A DNA stretch of 64,000 nt from an uncultured Candidatus Entotheonella sp. (GTDB lineage Bacteria > Tectomicrobia > Entotheonellia > Entotheonellales > Entotheonellaceae): NCBI GenBank assembly GCA_965217185.1, contig OZ244252.1, forward strand, positions 3,200,001 through 3,264,000, given 5' to 3'. Below, piece after piece: positions 31,251 through 41,098 of this stretch. Within the stretch, counting starts at the first letter, position 1, and each line of letters opens with the position of its first letter. Under the pieces are notes generated by a model, which was not told the origin of the DNA, ran no database searches, and worked only from the letters and a program-made list of their open reading frames with translations. Position numbers and translations under genes: made by a program.

Positions 31251-32051
31251 ATGCAAGACCCTGTAGCAGGCTTGGTTTCCTTTGTCATCATGCTCTACGT
31301 CGCCCTGCTTTTCGTGCGCCAGTTCGCGGACGAGAGCGAGCGCTACGACGCTGTGCTGGGCATGATCTTCCGGGCCACCGATCCGGTGGTCAGCCCGGTG
31401 CAAAACGCCCTTCCATCCGGCAATGCCCATCTCGCCCCCGCGCTCGTGCTGACGGCCCTGCTCCTGCTTCAGGGGATTCTCATCGGGTCCATTCCCTACG
31501 CGATCAAACAGTTCGCCGGCAAGCTGCTGCAGCTGTACGTGCTCATCCTCATCATTACCGCCTTCCGCGAGTATTACACCAACCCAATCGCCAACTTCTG
31601 TCAGCGGATCGTCAGTCCGGTGCGCACGCTGGCGGCCGGCGTGTCGCAGCACGTGCAGACGGTGAATCTGCTGTCGGCGGCAGGGCTGGTGCTGGTCCAC
31701 AGCATGGTGGTGGTCGTGCTCAATGGCCTCATGGTGGAGGGGTTCGACGATTCCGCGCCGTTCCTGGACGCCTTTATCGGCAGCGGGGCAGAGCCGGGCA
31801 GCCTGTTGCTGATCCTCAACCTGGCGCAGTTCTTTACCTACGCGATCATCGCCAACGCCCTGCTGTCCTGGGTCAGCCCTAACCCGCTCAACCCCATCGT
31901 GCAGTTGCTGACGCTCGTCGCCCTGCCGATCATGGAACCGATTCGCCGCGTCATCCCGCGGCTCGGTGGTGCCATCGACATTTCGCCCATCATCGCCATC
32001 CTCGCGCTGCAGTTTTTCTACGGCATCGTCTTCAATCTGCTCACCAGCTAA
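31251..32051 (+). CDS. YggT family membrane protein with duplicated YGGT domains
   Basis: ATDPVVSP, LLSWVSPNPLNPIVQ, EPIRRVIP..GAIDISPIIAI. Confidence 0.85.
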   Translation: MQDPVAGLVSFVIMLYVALLFVRQFADESERYDAVLGMIFRATDPVVSPVQNALPSGNAHLAPALVLTALLLLQGILIGSIPYAIKQFAGKLLQLYVLILIITAFREYYTNPIANFCQRIVSPVRTLAAGVSQHVQTVNLLSAAGLVLVHSMVVVVLNGLMVEGFDDSAPFLDAFIGSGAEPGSLLLILNLAQFFTYAIIANALLSWVSPNPLNPIVQLLTLVALPIMEPIRRVIPRLGGAIDISPIIAILALQFFYGIVFNLLTS

Positions 32052-32069
32052 CGTAACCGGCCACCAAAC

Positions 32070-32105
32070 GCAGGTCGGATCAGCGCAGCATAATCCGACA
32101 TTCCA
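32070..32105 (+). repeat. GTAG-family REP (degenerate copy)
   Basis: GCAGGTCGGATCAGCGCAGCATAATCCGACATTCCA; related to 50335, 52836 and 60283. Confidence 0.7.
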
Positions 32106-32128
32106 CCGTGCCACGCAGGAACCACAAA

Positions 32129-33412
32129 TCAAAGCGGCGTGAAACACTCGGTGCGCACTAGGTCCTCGAACGTCTCGCGGCGCGAGATGAGGTAAGGCGC
32201 GCCATCGTCCAGCCACACCTGCGGGGCGCGTCCGATCGAGTTGTAGTTGGAACTCATGGTGTTGCCATAGGCGCCGGCGTCGTGGATGAGCACTAGGTCG
32301 CCCTCCTGCACCGGCGGCAGCGGACGCGGTTGCAACAGTTCGGCGTCGTCGCGCGTGAACACGTCTCCCGACTCGCACAGCGGGCCGGACAGCACCGCCG
32401 GTTCCAGCGGCGCATCGTCCGGCGCGTCCCACACGCTGATACGGTGGAACGAGCCGTACATGGCGGGGCGTACCAAATCGCAGAACCCGGCGTCGACCAT
32501 GACGAAGGTGTGCCCCGGCCCCTTGGTATTGGCGCGGGTACGCTTGACGTCCGTCACTTGCGTGACCACCGCGGCGACCGGCGCCACGAAGTACCGCCCC
32601 GGCTCGATTTCCACCCGGATGTTTTCCCCCGTTTGCTGGCTGAAACGAGCCTGACATTCGCGCAGTAGGTGACCGAACGGTTCAAGGTCAATGGCCGTCG
32701 CTTCCGGCTTGTAGGGATAGGGTAGACCACCGCCGAGACTGACGGTCTGCGCGTGCGGATAGGCGGGCAGGCAATCAGCGAAGAAGTCGACAAGCTGTTG
32801 CATGTTGGCCTGGAACTCCTCAGTAGTTGGCCCAGACCCCACGTGGGCGTGCAGGAGTGTCACCGTCATGCCTTGGCGCTCGGCATTCTGGGCCGCCGCC
32901 AGCGCCTCCTCCGGCCACATGCCGTGCTTGGAACTGGGCCCGCCCGTGTCGCAGCCCTGCACGTGTCCGTGTCCGAAACCCGGATTGAGGCGCAGGGCAA
33001 TGGGGCCGCGGTAGCCGGCGTCGGCGAGTTGCTGCACCATGGCCGGCGAGCCGAGATTGGGCAGCACCTTGTGCCGGTTGATAACCTCCAAGGCGTTGTC
33101 CCGGAACACGTCGGTGGACAGCATCACCTCCGGGACGTCGACGCCCATGGGATAGCCCGCCGCCTGCGCCCGCAGGACCTCGTTCCCCGATACTGCGTCG
33201 ATCCAGATGCCCTGCTCCCGCATGGTGCTCAGCACCCGCTTCGCCGAGCACGCCTTCATGGCATAGCGCGCCTGCAGGCCCGGCGCGTCCGTCAGGGCGC
33301 GGATGGCAGCGATCCGGGCGCGCAGAAGCTGCGCGTCGTAAAGGTAAAACGGAGTGCCGACGTGCGCTGCCAACTGGCGCAGATCGACCCCCTGCCAGAC
33401 CGCTGTGGCCAT
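32129..33412 (-). CDS. lysA: Diaminopimelate decarboxylase
   Basis: YAMKAC (PLP lysine), DAVSGNE, NPGFGHGH, TGG..SKHG, EPGRYFVA, GPLCESGDVFT, GAYG..MSSNYNS. Confidence 0.93.
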   Translation of the reverse strand: MATAVWQGVDLRQLAAHVGTPFYLYDAQLLRARIAAIRALTDAPGLQARYAMKACSAKRVLSTMREQGIWIDAVSGNEVLRAQAAGYPMGVDVPEVMLSTDVFRDNALEVINRHKVLPNLGSPAMVQQLADAGYRGPIALRLNPGFGHGHVQGCDTGGPSSKHGMWPEEALAAAQNAERQGMTVTLLHAHVGSGPTTEEFQANMQQLVDFFADCLPAYPHAQTVSLGGGLPYPYKPEATAIDLEPFGHLLRECQARFSQQTGENIRVEIEPGRYFVAPVAAVVTQVTDVKRTRANTKGPGHTFVMVDAGFCDLVRPAMYGSFHRISVWDAPDDAPLEPAVLSGPLCESGDVFTRDDAELLQPRPLPPVQEGDLVLIHDAGAYGNTMSSNYNSIGRAPQVWLDDGAPYLISRRETFEDLVRTECFTPL

Positions 33413-33555
33413 GTATGCTCCTTTGTTGTGTTATGTGATGCTGGTCAAATCAGGCGAAACGCCAGACCGCTGCCCCATTGCCCTGGAAACGTCGGCGGCG
33501 CTCGTAGCCATGATACGCCGCTGCCTGACACTTGGGAAGAGCGGCAACCCTTCAA

Positions 33556-34746
33556 TCACCCCTGCACCATCGACACGTGCCGCACCATTTCCAGCACGCC
33601 GATTGCCTCGACGGTCCCAGACACCGGGTAGTGCTCCGTCCCGGCGTAGACGACGAATCGCCTGTCCGGCTGCACGTCTTTGCAGGCGTTGTAAAAACCT
33701 CGTTCGGGTTTTACTGACGTAGAGCGCTTGACGTCAATGGCCCAGATACCGCGTTGGGCCGGCATTTCGAGGAGGAGGTCGATCTCGGCGCCGGCAGCGG
33801 TGCGGTAGAAACTGGCACGGGTGCGGTCCGGGGCGGCAGATAGGATGTTCTCAATGACGAACGTCTCCCAGCTTGGGCCAACAACCGGATGACCGCAGAG
33901 GGTGTTGTAGTCCCGGATGCCGAGCAGGGCGTGCAGCAAACCGGTGTCACGGACATACACCTTGGGGGACTTCACCAAGCGCTTGCCGGTATTGGCGTAG
34001 TACGGAGGCAGCCGCCGAACCAGCAACAAATCGGTGAGCAGGTCGATATATCTGGAAACAGTCGGGGATTTCAGCGACAGACCGGACGCGAGACGGGAAG
34101 CGTTCAGCAGGGTTCCCTGCCCGTGTGCCAGCATGGTCCAGAGCCGACCCAAGGTTTCGGAGGGTATGCGCGGCCCGAACTGCGGGATATCCGCTCCAGG
34201 TACGTGCGGATGAAATTGCTTCGCCACGCCAAGCTGTCAGCGTCGTTCCCGGCCAGAAAGCTGTCGGGGAATCCGCCGCGCAGCCACAGGCGGGTCAGGG
34301 CGTTTTCGTGCACCCCCACCTCGGCGGCTTGTAAGGGATGCATGGCAATGTATTCGATGCGGCCCGCCAGACTTTCCCCTGATTGCCGCAACAGGTCAAG
34401 GGACGCAGAGCCCAAGACCAGAAAACGGCCGGTACGTCTGCCCCCGCGCCGGCCCCGGTCAATCAAGCCCCGCAAGGATTGAAATAACTCCGGCACCCGG
34501 TGAATCTCGTCGAGCACCACCAGGCGACCTTCGTATTGCGACAGGAAAAAGCACCGGGTCGGCCAGCTTATCGCGATCGCCGCGTTCCTCCAGATCCAGG
34601 TACAGCGCGTCTCTCTGCTCCGCGATGTCCCTTGCCAGCGTTGTCTTGCCAACTTGTCGAGGCCCGATTAGGGCCACTGCGGCTTGTCGGTCCAGCGCTT
34701 GAAGGACGGATTGTTGGATGCTTCGGTCTAAGTATGGCGAATTCAT
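33556..34746 (-). pseudogene. AAA_14/DUF4143 ATP-binding protein interrupted by two frameshifts
   Basis: Walker A GPRQVGKT in ORF 34459-34746; LDEIH, GSAS, ESLAGR and RGGFP in ORF 34104-34652; KRLVKSPKVY and EIDL...DVK in ORF 33556-34227. Confidence 0.85.
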
Positions 34747-34788
34747 AACCTTGCAAATTTAATTCATCAGTTTAAATTTGCAAGGTTA
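34746..34788. promoter_or_regulatory. Perfect 17-bp AT-rich inverted repeat abutting the AAA gene start codon
   Basis: TAACCTTGCAAATTTAA-9 nt-TTAAATTTGCAAGGTTA. Confidence 0.65.
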
Positions 34789-34820
34789 TTGTGCCGCATC
34801 AGTCGGAGAAGTTCCGCCGC

Positions 34821-35744
34821 TTACCGCGTGCCGCGCAGGCGCGGGTCGAGGGTGTCGCGGATGCCGTCGCCGAAGAGGTTGAAGGCAAGCACGGTGATGG
34901 TGATGGCCAAGCCGGGAAAGAACACCAGCCACCAGGGGGGAATGAGGCCGGAATTCAGGGAATCGGCGAGCAGGTTGCCCCAGGTGGGGGTTGGGGGCGG
35001 GATGCCGACGCCGAGAAAGCCGAGGGCCGATTCGATGATGATGGCGACACCCAGGTGCGTGGTGGCGAGAATCAGGAAAGGGGCGACGCACTGGGGCAGG
35101 ATGTGCAGCGCCATGATGCGCAGCGTCGAGGCGCCGATGCCGCGGGCGGCTTCGACGTAGGCGATTTCTTTCAGCGACAACGCCACGACGCGCACGACGC
35201 GGCCGCCGAAGGGAATGCGGGTGACGGCGATGGCGACGATGACTGTCCACGTGCCGGTGCCGAGCGCCATGGAGATGGCCATGGCCAGGATGAGGTCCGG
35301 GAACGATTGCAGAACCTCGATGACGCGTTGGCTGAGGATGTCGAACCGGCCGCCGATGTAGCCGCTGGCCAGCCCCCACAGCGAGCCGGTCGTGGTGCCC
35401 AGCAACACCGCGGCAATGGCCACCACCAGCGAGGAGCGGCTGCCGTAAATAACCCGGCTCAGATTGTCGCGGCCAATCTGGTCGGTGCCGAAGTAGCTTT
35501 GCGCGTCGGGCGGTTTCGACATGCGCCTGAAATTGGCCTTTAACGGGTCGTGCGGTGCGATTAGCGGTGCGACGATCGCCATGATGAGAATCGCCGCGGC
35601 CACCACGCCCCAGAAGGCCGACAGGGGATTGCGCCGCACGAAATTGCGCAGACCGCGCCATGCCCGTGCTGGACGGGAGAGGACGACGGCGTCATCCGCG
35701 GCGGACGAGGCCGATGGGCTTGAGCTATACGCTTGCATATCCAT
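34821..35744 (-). CDS. Peptide/nickel ABC transporter permease (DppC-like)
   Basis: FGTDQIGRD, YVEAARGIGAS, ESALGFLGVG, NLFGDGIRDTLDPR. Confidence 0.92.
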   Translation of the reverse strand: MDMQAYSSSPSASSAADDAVVLSRPARAWRGLRNFVRRNPLSAFWGVVAAAILIMAIVAPLIAPHDPLKANFRRMSKPPDAQSYFGTDQIGRDNLSRVIYGSRSSLVVAIAAVLLGTTTGSLWGLASGYIGGRFDILSQRVIEVLQSFPDLILAMAISMALGTGTWTVIVAIAVTRIPFGGRVVRVVALSLKEIAYVEAARGIGASTLRIMALHILPQCVAPFLILATTHLGVAIIIESALGFLGVGIPPPTPTWGNLLADSLNSGLIPPWWLVFFPGLAITITVLAFNLFGDGIRDTLDPRLRGTR

Positions 35745-35790
35745 CAAGTGGTTCGTGACAATTGGTTAAGGGACGATCCCAACGCCGGCT

Positions 35791-35830
35791 TCCCCCTCAC
35801 CCCAACCCTCTCCCGCCAGGGGAGAGGGGG
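35791..35830 (+). repeat. BoxC-like REP, type A single copy
   Basis: TCCCCCTCACCCCAACCCTCTCCCGCCAGGGGAGAGGGGG. Confidence 0.8.
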
Positions 35831-35844
35831 TAAAGGCTCGGCCA

Positions 35845-36801
35845 TTACTGGTAATGAATCCTCGGATCAAACCAGGCATAAGTCACGTCGACCAGCACGT
35901 TGATCAGCACAAAGACGAAGGAGTACAGGAACACGAGATTCTGAATCACCGTGATATCGCGCTCAATCACCGCGGTAATCATGGCGCGTCCAAGGCCAGG
36001 GACGCCAAACGCCTGCTCGATCGGGATCGATCCCGCCAGCACGAACCCCATCAGAACGCCGGAAAGCGTGATAACGGGCAGTAAGGCATTCGGCAGCGCA
36101 TGGCGGTTGACCACCAAGCGTTCGACGACCCCCTTGGCGCGGGCCGTGCGGACGTAATCTTCACGGATGACTTCCAACAGCGAAGACCGCGCCATGCGGG
36201 CAATGTAGGCGGCCTGGCCAACGCCGAGCACCAACGCCGGACCGACGACGATCTGCAGGTTGGCCCACGGGTCCACCCACAGCGGCACCCCCGTGAGCGG
36301 CGCCTTGTAGCCGAACCAGAACAGCGAGCCGAGAACGATGAGGATGCCGAGCCAGAAGCCGGGGAAGGCCAGGAAGAGGATCGACATGATCCGCGCGCCC
36401 GTATCCGCCAGAGTATTGGGGCGGAGGGCGCTGATAATGCCCACCGGTAGCCCCACGAGCCATGAGATCACCACCGACAGCACGCCGATTTCGAGGCTCA
36501 ACGGGCCGCGGCGCACAATCATGTCGGCCACACTCTCATCGCGGAAGAACGACCTGCCGAGTTCGCCGCTGACGACGTCGCCCATCCACTTGAGGTACTG
36601 CACGGGCAGCGGGTCGCTGAGGCCGAGCTCGGCCATGTAGTGGGCGCGATCCTCGGCGGTCAGCTTGGTAAAGCCTTCCATGCCGAAGATGGCCACGAGG
36701 GGGTCGCCGGGGAGGATGCGCATGAGCACGAAGACGATGATCGACACCCCGATCATCGTCATAAGGCCGAAGCCGAGGCGCCGCAGAATGTATTCGTACA
36801 A
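35845..36801 (-). CDS. Peptide/nickel ABC transporter permease (DppB-like)
   Basis: ILPGDP, EDYVRTARAKG, HALPNALLP, DPRI; TTG start behind GGAG. Confidence 0.92.
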   Translation of the reverse strand: MYEYILRRLGFGLMTMIGVSIIVFVLMRILPGDPLVAIFGMEGFTKLTAEDRAHYMAELGLSDPLPVQYLKWMGDVVSGELGRSFFRDESVADMIVRRGPLSLEIGVLSVVISWLVGLPVGIISALRPNTLADTGARIMSILFLAFPGFWLGILIVLGSLFWFGYKAPLTGVPLWVDPWANLQIVVGPALVLGVGQAAYIARMARSSLLEVIREDYVRTARAKGVVERLVVNRHALPNALLPVITLSGVLMGFVLAGSIPIEQAFGVPGLGRAMITAVIERDITVIQNLVFLYSFVFVLINVLVDVTYAWFDPRIHYQ

Positions 36802-36829
36802 GGGAGTCACTCCAGGGCATGCGTCGGAT

Positions 36830-36943
36830 TCCCCTCACCCCAACCCTCTCTCCCGCCAGGGGAGAGGGAGCAAAACCCTGCGTGGGGACATTAGCACTCC
36901 GGTCCCCTCCCCCCTCCGTGGGGGAGGGCTAGGGAGAGGGGGA
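36830..36943 (+). repeat. BoxC-like repeat doublet (type A forward, type B inverted)
   Basis: CCCCTCACCCCAACCCTCTC...GGGAGAGGGAG, spacer, GGTCCCCTCCCCCC...GGGGGAGGGCTAGGGAGAGGGG. Confidence 0.8.
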
Positions 36944-36960
36944 AGTCCGGGGAAACCTGC

Positions 36961-38649
36961 CTACTTGTCCATCCAGAAGGTATCGAAGCGCACCACGTCG
37001 TAGATGCCGAAATAGTTGTACGGGTTGTGGCCTTTCACGTAGTCGTACCAGCCGTCGTTGATCTTCTCCCACGCCACCGGGATGAGCGGCGGGTCTTGCT
37101 CCATCACGGCTTCCGCCTGCCGCACAAGGTCCCTGCGCTTGGCGTCGTCGAGCTCGCGGTCGATCTGCAGCACCAAGTCCTGGAACTTGGGGTTGAACCA
37201 CTTGGAATAGTTCTGCGGGCCGTCCTTGCCGTACCAGGCGTTGAAATAGTCCGAGGGATCGATCAGCGTCGACACGATGGCGCTGATGGTGAAGTCGAAT
37301 TTCCCCGCCAGGGCCTCGTCGAACCACACCGAGACCTGCACCGTGCGCAGGTTGGTCTGGATGTTCAGGATTTCCCGCAGCATGGCTTGCACGGCCACCG
37401 ACCAGAGCTTGAAGCTGGCCGCCTCGCGGATCATGAAATCCACGTCCTTGATGCCGTCGGCGTAGCCGGCAGCCGCCATGAGCTCGCGCGCTTCGCGGAT
37501 GGCGGCGGTGGGGTCGGACTGGTAACCCGGGCGCTCAGCCAATTTGTCCGGCGGCGTGGCGAAATCCGAAAACGGATAAATGAAGCCGCCCACCAACATC
37601 GGCGCCACGTCCCTGACCACGTCCACCAGCACCGCGCGGTCCAGCACCAGGTGAATGGCGCGCCGCACTCGAGGATCCCGGAACGCCTCACGCTCGTTGT
37701 TCACCCAGATTGCCTGGATGACGCTCTGATAGTAGTCGGTGCCGGTCATTCCCGGGGTGTCCTGCACGATTTTGAGGCTCACGGGATCGAGCAGGCGCGC
37801 GTAGTCAAGGTTGCCAGCCAGCAGCGCGGCGCCCAACTGGGGTGAGAACGGCGGCAGGTGGTAGAATTCGATACCGTCGAGATACGGCAGGCCCTCGTTC
37901 CAGTAATCCGGGTTGCGCTCCATCACCCACACCTCCTTGTCGATGCGGTTGACGGACCGGAACGGGCCGGTGCCGGGATAATCCGGGATTTGCCGCAGGC
38001 TGTAGTTGTTGTCCTCCAGCGTCTTCTTGCGCACGATGATGTTCCAGCCGCTGGCGAACGCCCCGAGCATGAAGTTCTGCGGGCGCGGCTCGCTGAGCTT
38101 GAACTCGATCGTGTGGGAATCGCGGACGTTGATTTCGCTCACGGTGGCGAACAGCGGCGTGCGGGGACTGCTGAAGCCTTTCGGCGGCTGGATGATGCGC
38201 TGGTAGGTCGCCTGCACGTCCTCGGCCGTAAAGTCGGCGCCGTCGTGGAAGGTGACGCCCTTACGCAGGAAGAAGGTGTAGGTCTTGCCGTCGGGGGAAA
38301 TCTCCCAACTGTGCGCCAAGTCCGGGATGATCGTTTGCCCGCTGTCGAGCGGATTGCGGCGGATGAGGTTGTCGTACATGCAGCCCTGCGTGCCCATGTT
38401 GGACACGGTGCCGGATTGATGCACGTCGAAATGCGCCGGTGCGTTCAGGACGCCGTAGCGCAACACACCGCCGCGCTTGGGATTGGGCTCCGGCGCCTGG
38501 AGCTTGAACGCCGAACCGTCGAACGAACTGGGCGTTTGCGCCTCACCCAGGCCGAGGGAAAGCCCATAGGCTCCCGCCGCGGCCGCCGCCGAGGTTCCCA
38601 ACAGGCCGCGCCGGGTCCATTCTGCTGAAGCGGGATATCGGTTGGACAT
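36961..38649 (-). CDS. ABC transporter substrate-binding protein, family 5, Tat-exported
   Basis: TRRGLL signal, PDLAHSWEISPDGKTYTFFLRKGVTFHDG, GTGPF, DPRVRRAI. Confidence 0.92.
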   Translation of the reverse strand: MSNRYPASAEWTRRGLLGTSAAAAAGAYGLSLGLGEAQTPSSFDGSAFKLQAPEPNPKRGGVLRYGVLNAPAHFDVHQSGTVSNMGTQGCMYDNLIRRNPLDSGQTIIPDLAHSWEISPDGKTYTFFLRKGVTFHDGADFTAEDVQATYQRIIQPPKGFSSPRTPLFATVSEINVRDSHTIEFKLSEPRPQNFMLGAFASGWNIIVRKKTLEDNNYSLRQIPDYPGTGPFRSVNRIDKEVWVMERNPDYWNEGLPYLDGIEFYHLPPFSPQLGAALLAGNLDYARLLDPVSLKIVQDTPGMTGTDYYQSVIQAIWVNNEREAFRDPRVRRAIHLVLDRAVLVDVVRDVAPMLVGGFIYPFSDFATPPDKLAERPGYQSDPTAAIREARELMAAAGYADGIKDVDFMIREAASFKLWSVAVQAMLREILNIQTNLRTVQVSVWFDEALAGKFDFTISAIVSTLIDPSDYFNAWYGKDGPQNYSKWFNPKFQDLVLQIDRELDDAKRRDLVRQAEAVMEQDPPLIPVAWEKINDGWYDYVKGHNPYNYFGIYDVVRFDTFWMDK

Positions 38650-38672
38650 GATGAACGTCTCCTTGCGGTGCG

Positions 38673-38809
38673 CCCCCTCTCCCTAGCCCTCCCCCGCGGC
38701 GGGGGGAGGGGACCAGAAAGCCAACTCTCCCCCACGAAGAGGGGTTATTCCCCTGCAAAGATGATTTTGCTCCCTCTCCCCCTGGGGGAGAGGGCTGGGG
38801 TGAGGGGAA
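38673..38809 (-). repeat. BoxC-like repeat doublet, inverted relative to the 36830 copy
   Basis: CCCCCTCTCCCTAGCCCTCCCCC...GGGGAGGGGACC, spacer, GCTCCCTCTCCCC...GAGAGGGCTGGGGTGAGGGG. Confidence 0.8.
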
Positions 38810-38818
38810 AAATTAAAT

Positions 38819-41098
38819 CTAGGACTGCATCTTCTCAAGCACATAACCGGGAGACATCGGCAGGTCGGTCATGCGCTGTCCGGTGGCGCGGTAGATGGCG
38901 TTGGCCACGGCTGCCGGCGGCGGCACGATGGGCACCTCGCCGACGCCGCGCACCCCAAAAGGATGCCCGGGATTCGGCACCTCGACCAGCACCGTGTCGA
39001 TCATCGGCAAATCCAGGCAGGTGGGCATGCGGTAGTCGAGGAAGCTGGCGTTGCTCATGTTGCCGTCTTCGCGGTACATGTATGCCTCGTTCAACGCCCA
39101 GCCGATGCCTTGCGTGACGCCGCCCTGGATCTGGCCTTCCACGTAGCTTGGGTGGATGGCCTTGCCGACGTCCTGCACCGCGGTGTAGCGCAGGATGGAG
39201 ACCTTGCCGGTGTCCGGATCGACCTCGACGTCGACGATGTGGGTGGCAAAGGCGCCGCCGACACCGCGCGGCTGCACGGTGGCGCGGCCGGAAATCGGCC
39301 CGCCGGTGCGCGGCATCAACTCCGCCATCTGCTGAAAGCTCACCGACTTGCCGGCGTCCTTGCTGCAGCCGAACACGCCGCCCGAATAGGTGACGTCCGC
39401 AGCGCTCAGCGCATTGGCACCCTCCTCCTGTTCGTTGCTCCAACGCTCGGCGAGGCGCTCCTTCATCTGCCGGACGACGTCGTTCACCGCTTCGTACGCC
39501 GCGTAGCCGGTGGCAAACGTCGTGCGGCTGCCGCCTGTAACGTCCGTGTAGCCGACGCCGTCCGTTCCGGCGACCGTGGGCCGCACGCTCTCGTACGGAA
39601 TACCGAGCACCTCAGCCGCCTGCATGGCGATGGAAGCGCGCGTGCCGCCGATGTCGGTGGAACCTTCGACGAGGCTGACGGTGCCGTCGGAGTTCACGTT
39701 GATTACCACGCTGGACTGCAAACCGACGTTGAACCAGAACCCTGACGCGACGCCGCGGCCGCGATTCGGGCCTTCGAGCGGCGTATTGTAGTGCTCGTGT
39801 TCGAGCGCCGCGTGCACCGTCTCCAGGAAGCCGATACGCGGGTGCGTCGGGCCATCCACGCGGCGGTCGCCCTCCTTGGCGCCGTTCATCACGCGCAATT
39901 GCAATGGGTCGATGCCCAACTGCTCGGCGAACTCGTCCATGACCGTCTCCGAGGCAAACGCCGCATTGGTTGCCCCAGGCGCGCGATAGGCGGTGGTCTT
40001 TGGCTTGTTCACCACCACGTCGTAGCCGTCCACCTGCATGTTCGGGAAGCTGTAGGGCGAGAAGATGCACATGCCGCCCGGTCCCACCGGCGAGCCCGGA
40101 AAGGCCCCTGCCTCGAATGCAAGCGACGCCTCGGCAGCCACCACGCGGCCGTCCCTGGTGGCGCCCATCTTGACGTTGATGCGCGAGCCCGGCGTCGGAC
40201 CCGTGCTCTCGAACTCCTCGATGCGGTTCATCACCAGCTTGACCGCCTGGCCGGTCTTGCGCGACAGCAGCGCCGCCACCGGTTCGAGGTAGACGGGAAT
40301 CTTGCCGCCGAAGCCGCCGCCGATCTCCGCCGGGATGACGGACACCTGCGACACCGGAATGCCCAGGACCTCGGACGACTGCTTCTGTACTACGAAGGCG
40401 CCCTGCGTACTCGTCCAGATGGTGACGTGCCCCTCTTCGTTCCACATGGCGGTGGCGTTGTGGGGCTCGATGTAGCCTTGGTGCACGGTGGCGGTGTCGA
40501 ACTCGCGTTCGATGATCAGATCGGCCTGCTTGAAGCCCTCCGCCACGTCGCCCAAGGTGAAGCGGTAATGGCTGGCGACGTTGCTCTCACGGTTTGTCTT
40601 TTCACCGAGCGACGTGGTGGTCATGCCGTCGTGCAGAATCGGCGCCCCATCCTGCATCGCCTCGGGCGCCGTCAGCACCGGCGGCAAGATCTCGTATTCC
40701 ACCTCGATCAGGTTCACCGCCTCTTCGGCGACGTGCACGTTGACCGCCGCCACCGCGGCGATGGCGTGCCCCCTGTATAAGGCTTTTCCCTGGGCCAGCA
40801 CGTTGTTGCTGAGGAATTTCAGATTGACCGCGCCCTCGCCGAGATTGGCGATCTTGTCGGGCGCTTCGGGCAGGTCCTTGTGCGTCACCACGGCCTTGAC
40901 GCCGGGCAGCGCTTCGGCCTTGCTGGTATCAATCGACTTGATGCGGGCGTGGGCGTGGGGGCTGCGCAGCACCTTGCCGTGCAGCATGCCGGGCATGCGC
41001 ACGTCGGCGCCGTATATCGCCCGGCCCGTCACCTTGTCGGCACCATCGGGGCGCACCGGGCGCGTTCCGATAACTCGATATGCCGTTGCTTCTGCCAT
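38819..41098 (-). CDS. Xanthine dehydrogenase family molybdopterin-binding subunit (CoxL-like)
   Basis: KVTGRAIY, LRSPHAHARI, IGGGFGGK, AYRAPG, VEGQIQGG, GVGEVP. Confidence 0.92.
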   Translation of the reverse strand: MAEATAYRVIGTRPVRPDGADKVTGRAIYGADVRMPGMLHGKVLRSPHAHARIKSIDTSKAEALPGVKAVVTHKDLPEAPDKIANLGEGAVNLKFLSNNVLAQGKALYRGHAIAAVAAVNVHVAEEAVNLIEVEYEILPPVLTAPEAMQDGAPILHDGMTTTSLGEKTNRESNVASHYRFTLGDVAEGFKQADLIIEREFDTATVHQGYIEPHNATAMWNEEGHVTIWTSTQGAFVVQKQSSEVLGIPVSQVSVIPAEIGGGFGGKIPVYLEPVAALLSRKTGQAVKLVMNRIEEFESTGPTPGSRINVKMGATRDGRVVAAEASLAFEAGAFPGSPVGPGGMCIFSPYSFPNMQVDGYDVVVNKPKTTAYRAPGATNAAFASETVMDEFAEQLGIDPLQLRVMNGAKEGDRRVDGPTHPRIGFLETVHAALEHEHYNTPLEGPNRGRGVASGFWFNVGLQSSVVINVNSDGTVSLVEGSTDIGGTRASIAMQAAEVLGIPYESVRPTVAGTDGVGYTDVTGGSRTTFATGYAAYEAVNDVVRQMKERLAERWSNEQEEGANALSAADVTYSGGVFGCSKDAGKSVSFQQMAELMPRTGGPISGRATVQPRGVGGAFATHIVDVEVDPDTGKVSILRYTAVQDVGKAIHPSYVEGQIQGGVTQGIGWALNEAYMYREDGNMSNASFLDYRMPTCLDLPMIDTVLVEVPNPGHPFGVRGVGEVPIVPPPAAVANAIYRATGQRMTDLPMSPGYVLEKMQS

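Noticed and set aside
32129..33412. Link between lysA and the LysR gene at 62206
   Set aside because: They are 29 kb apart and the LysR has its own divergent target; nothing in the sequence connects them
38819..41098. Aerobic CO dehydrogenase large subunit
   Set aside because: Active-site loop is AYRAPG, not form I AYRCSFR or form II AYRGAGR, and no coxDEFG genes are adjacent
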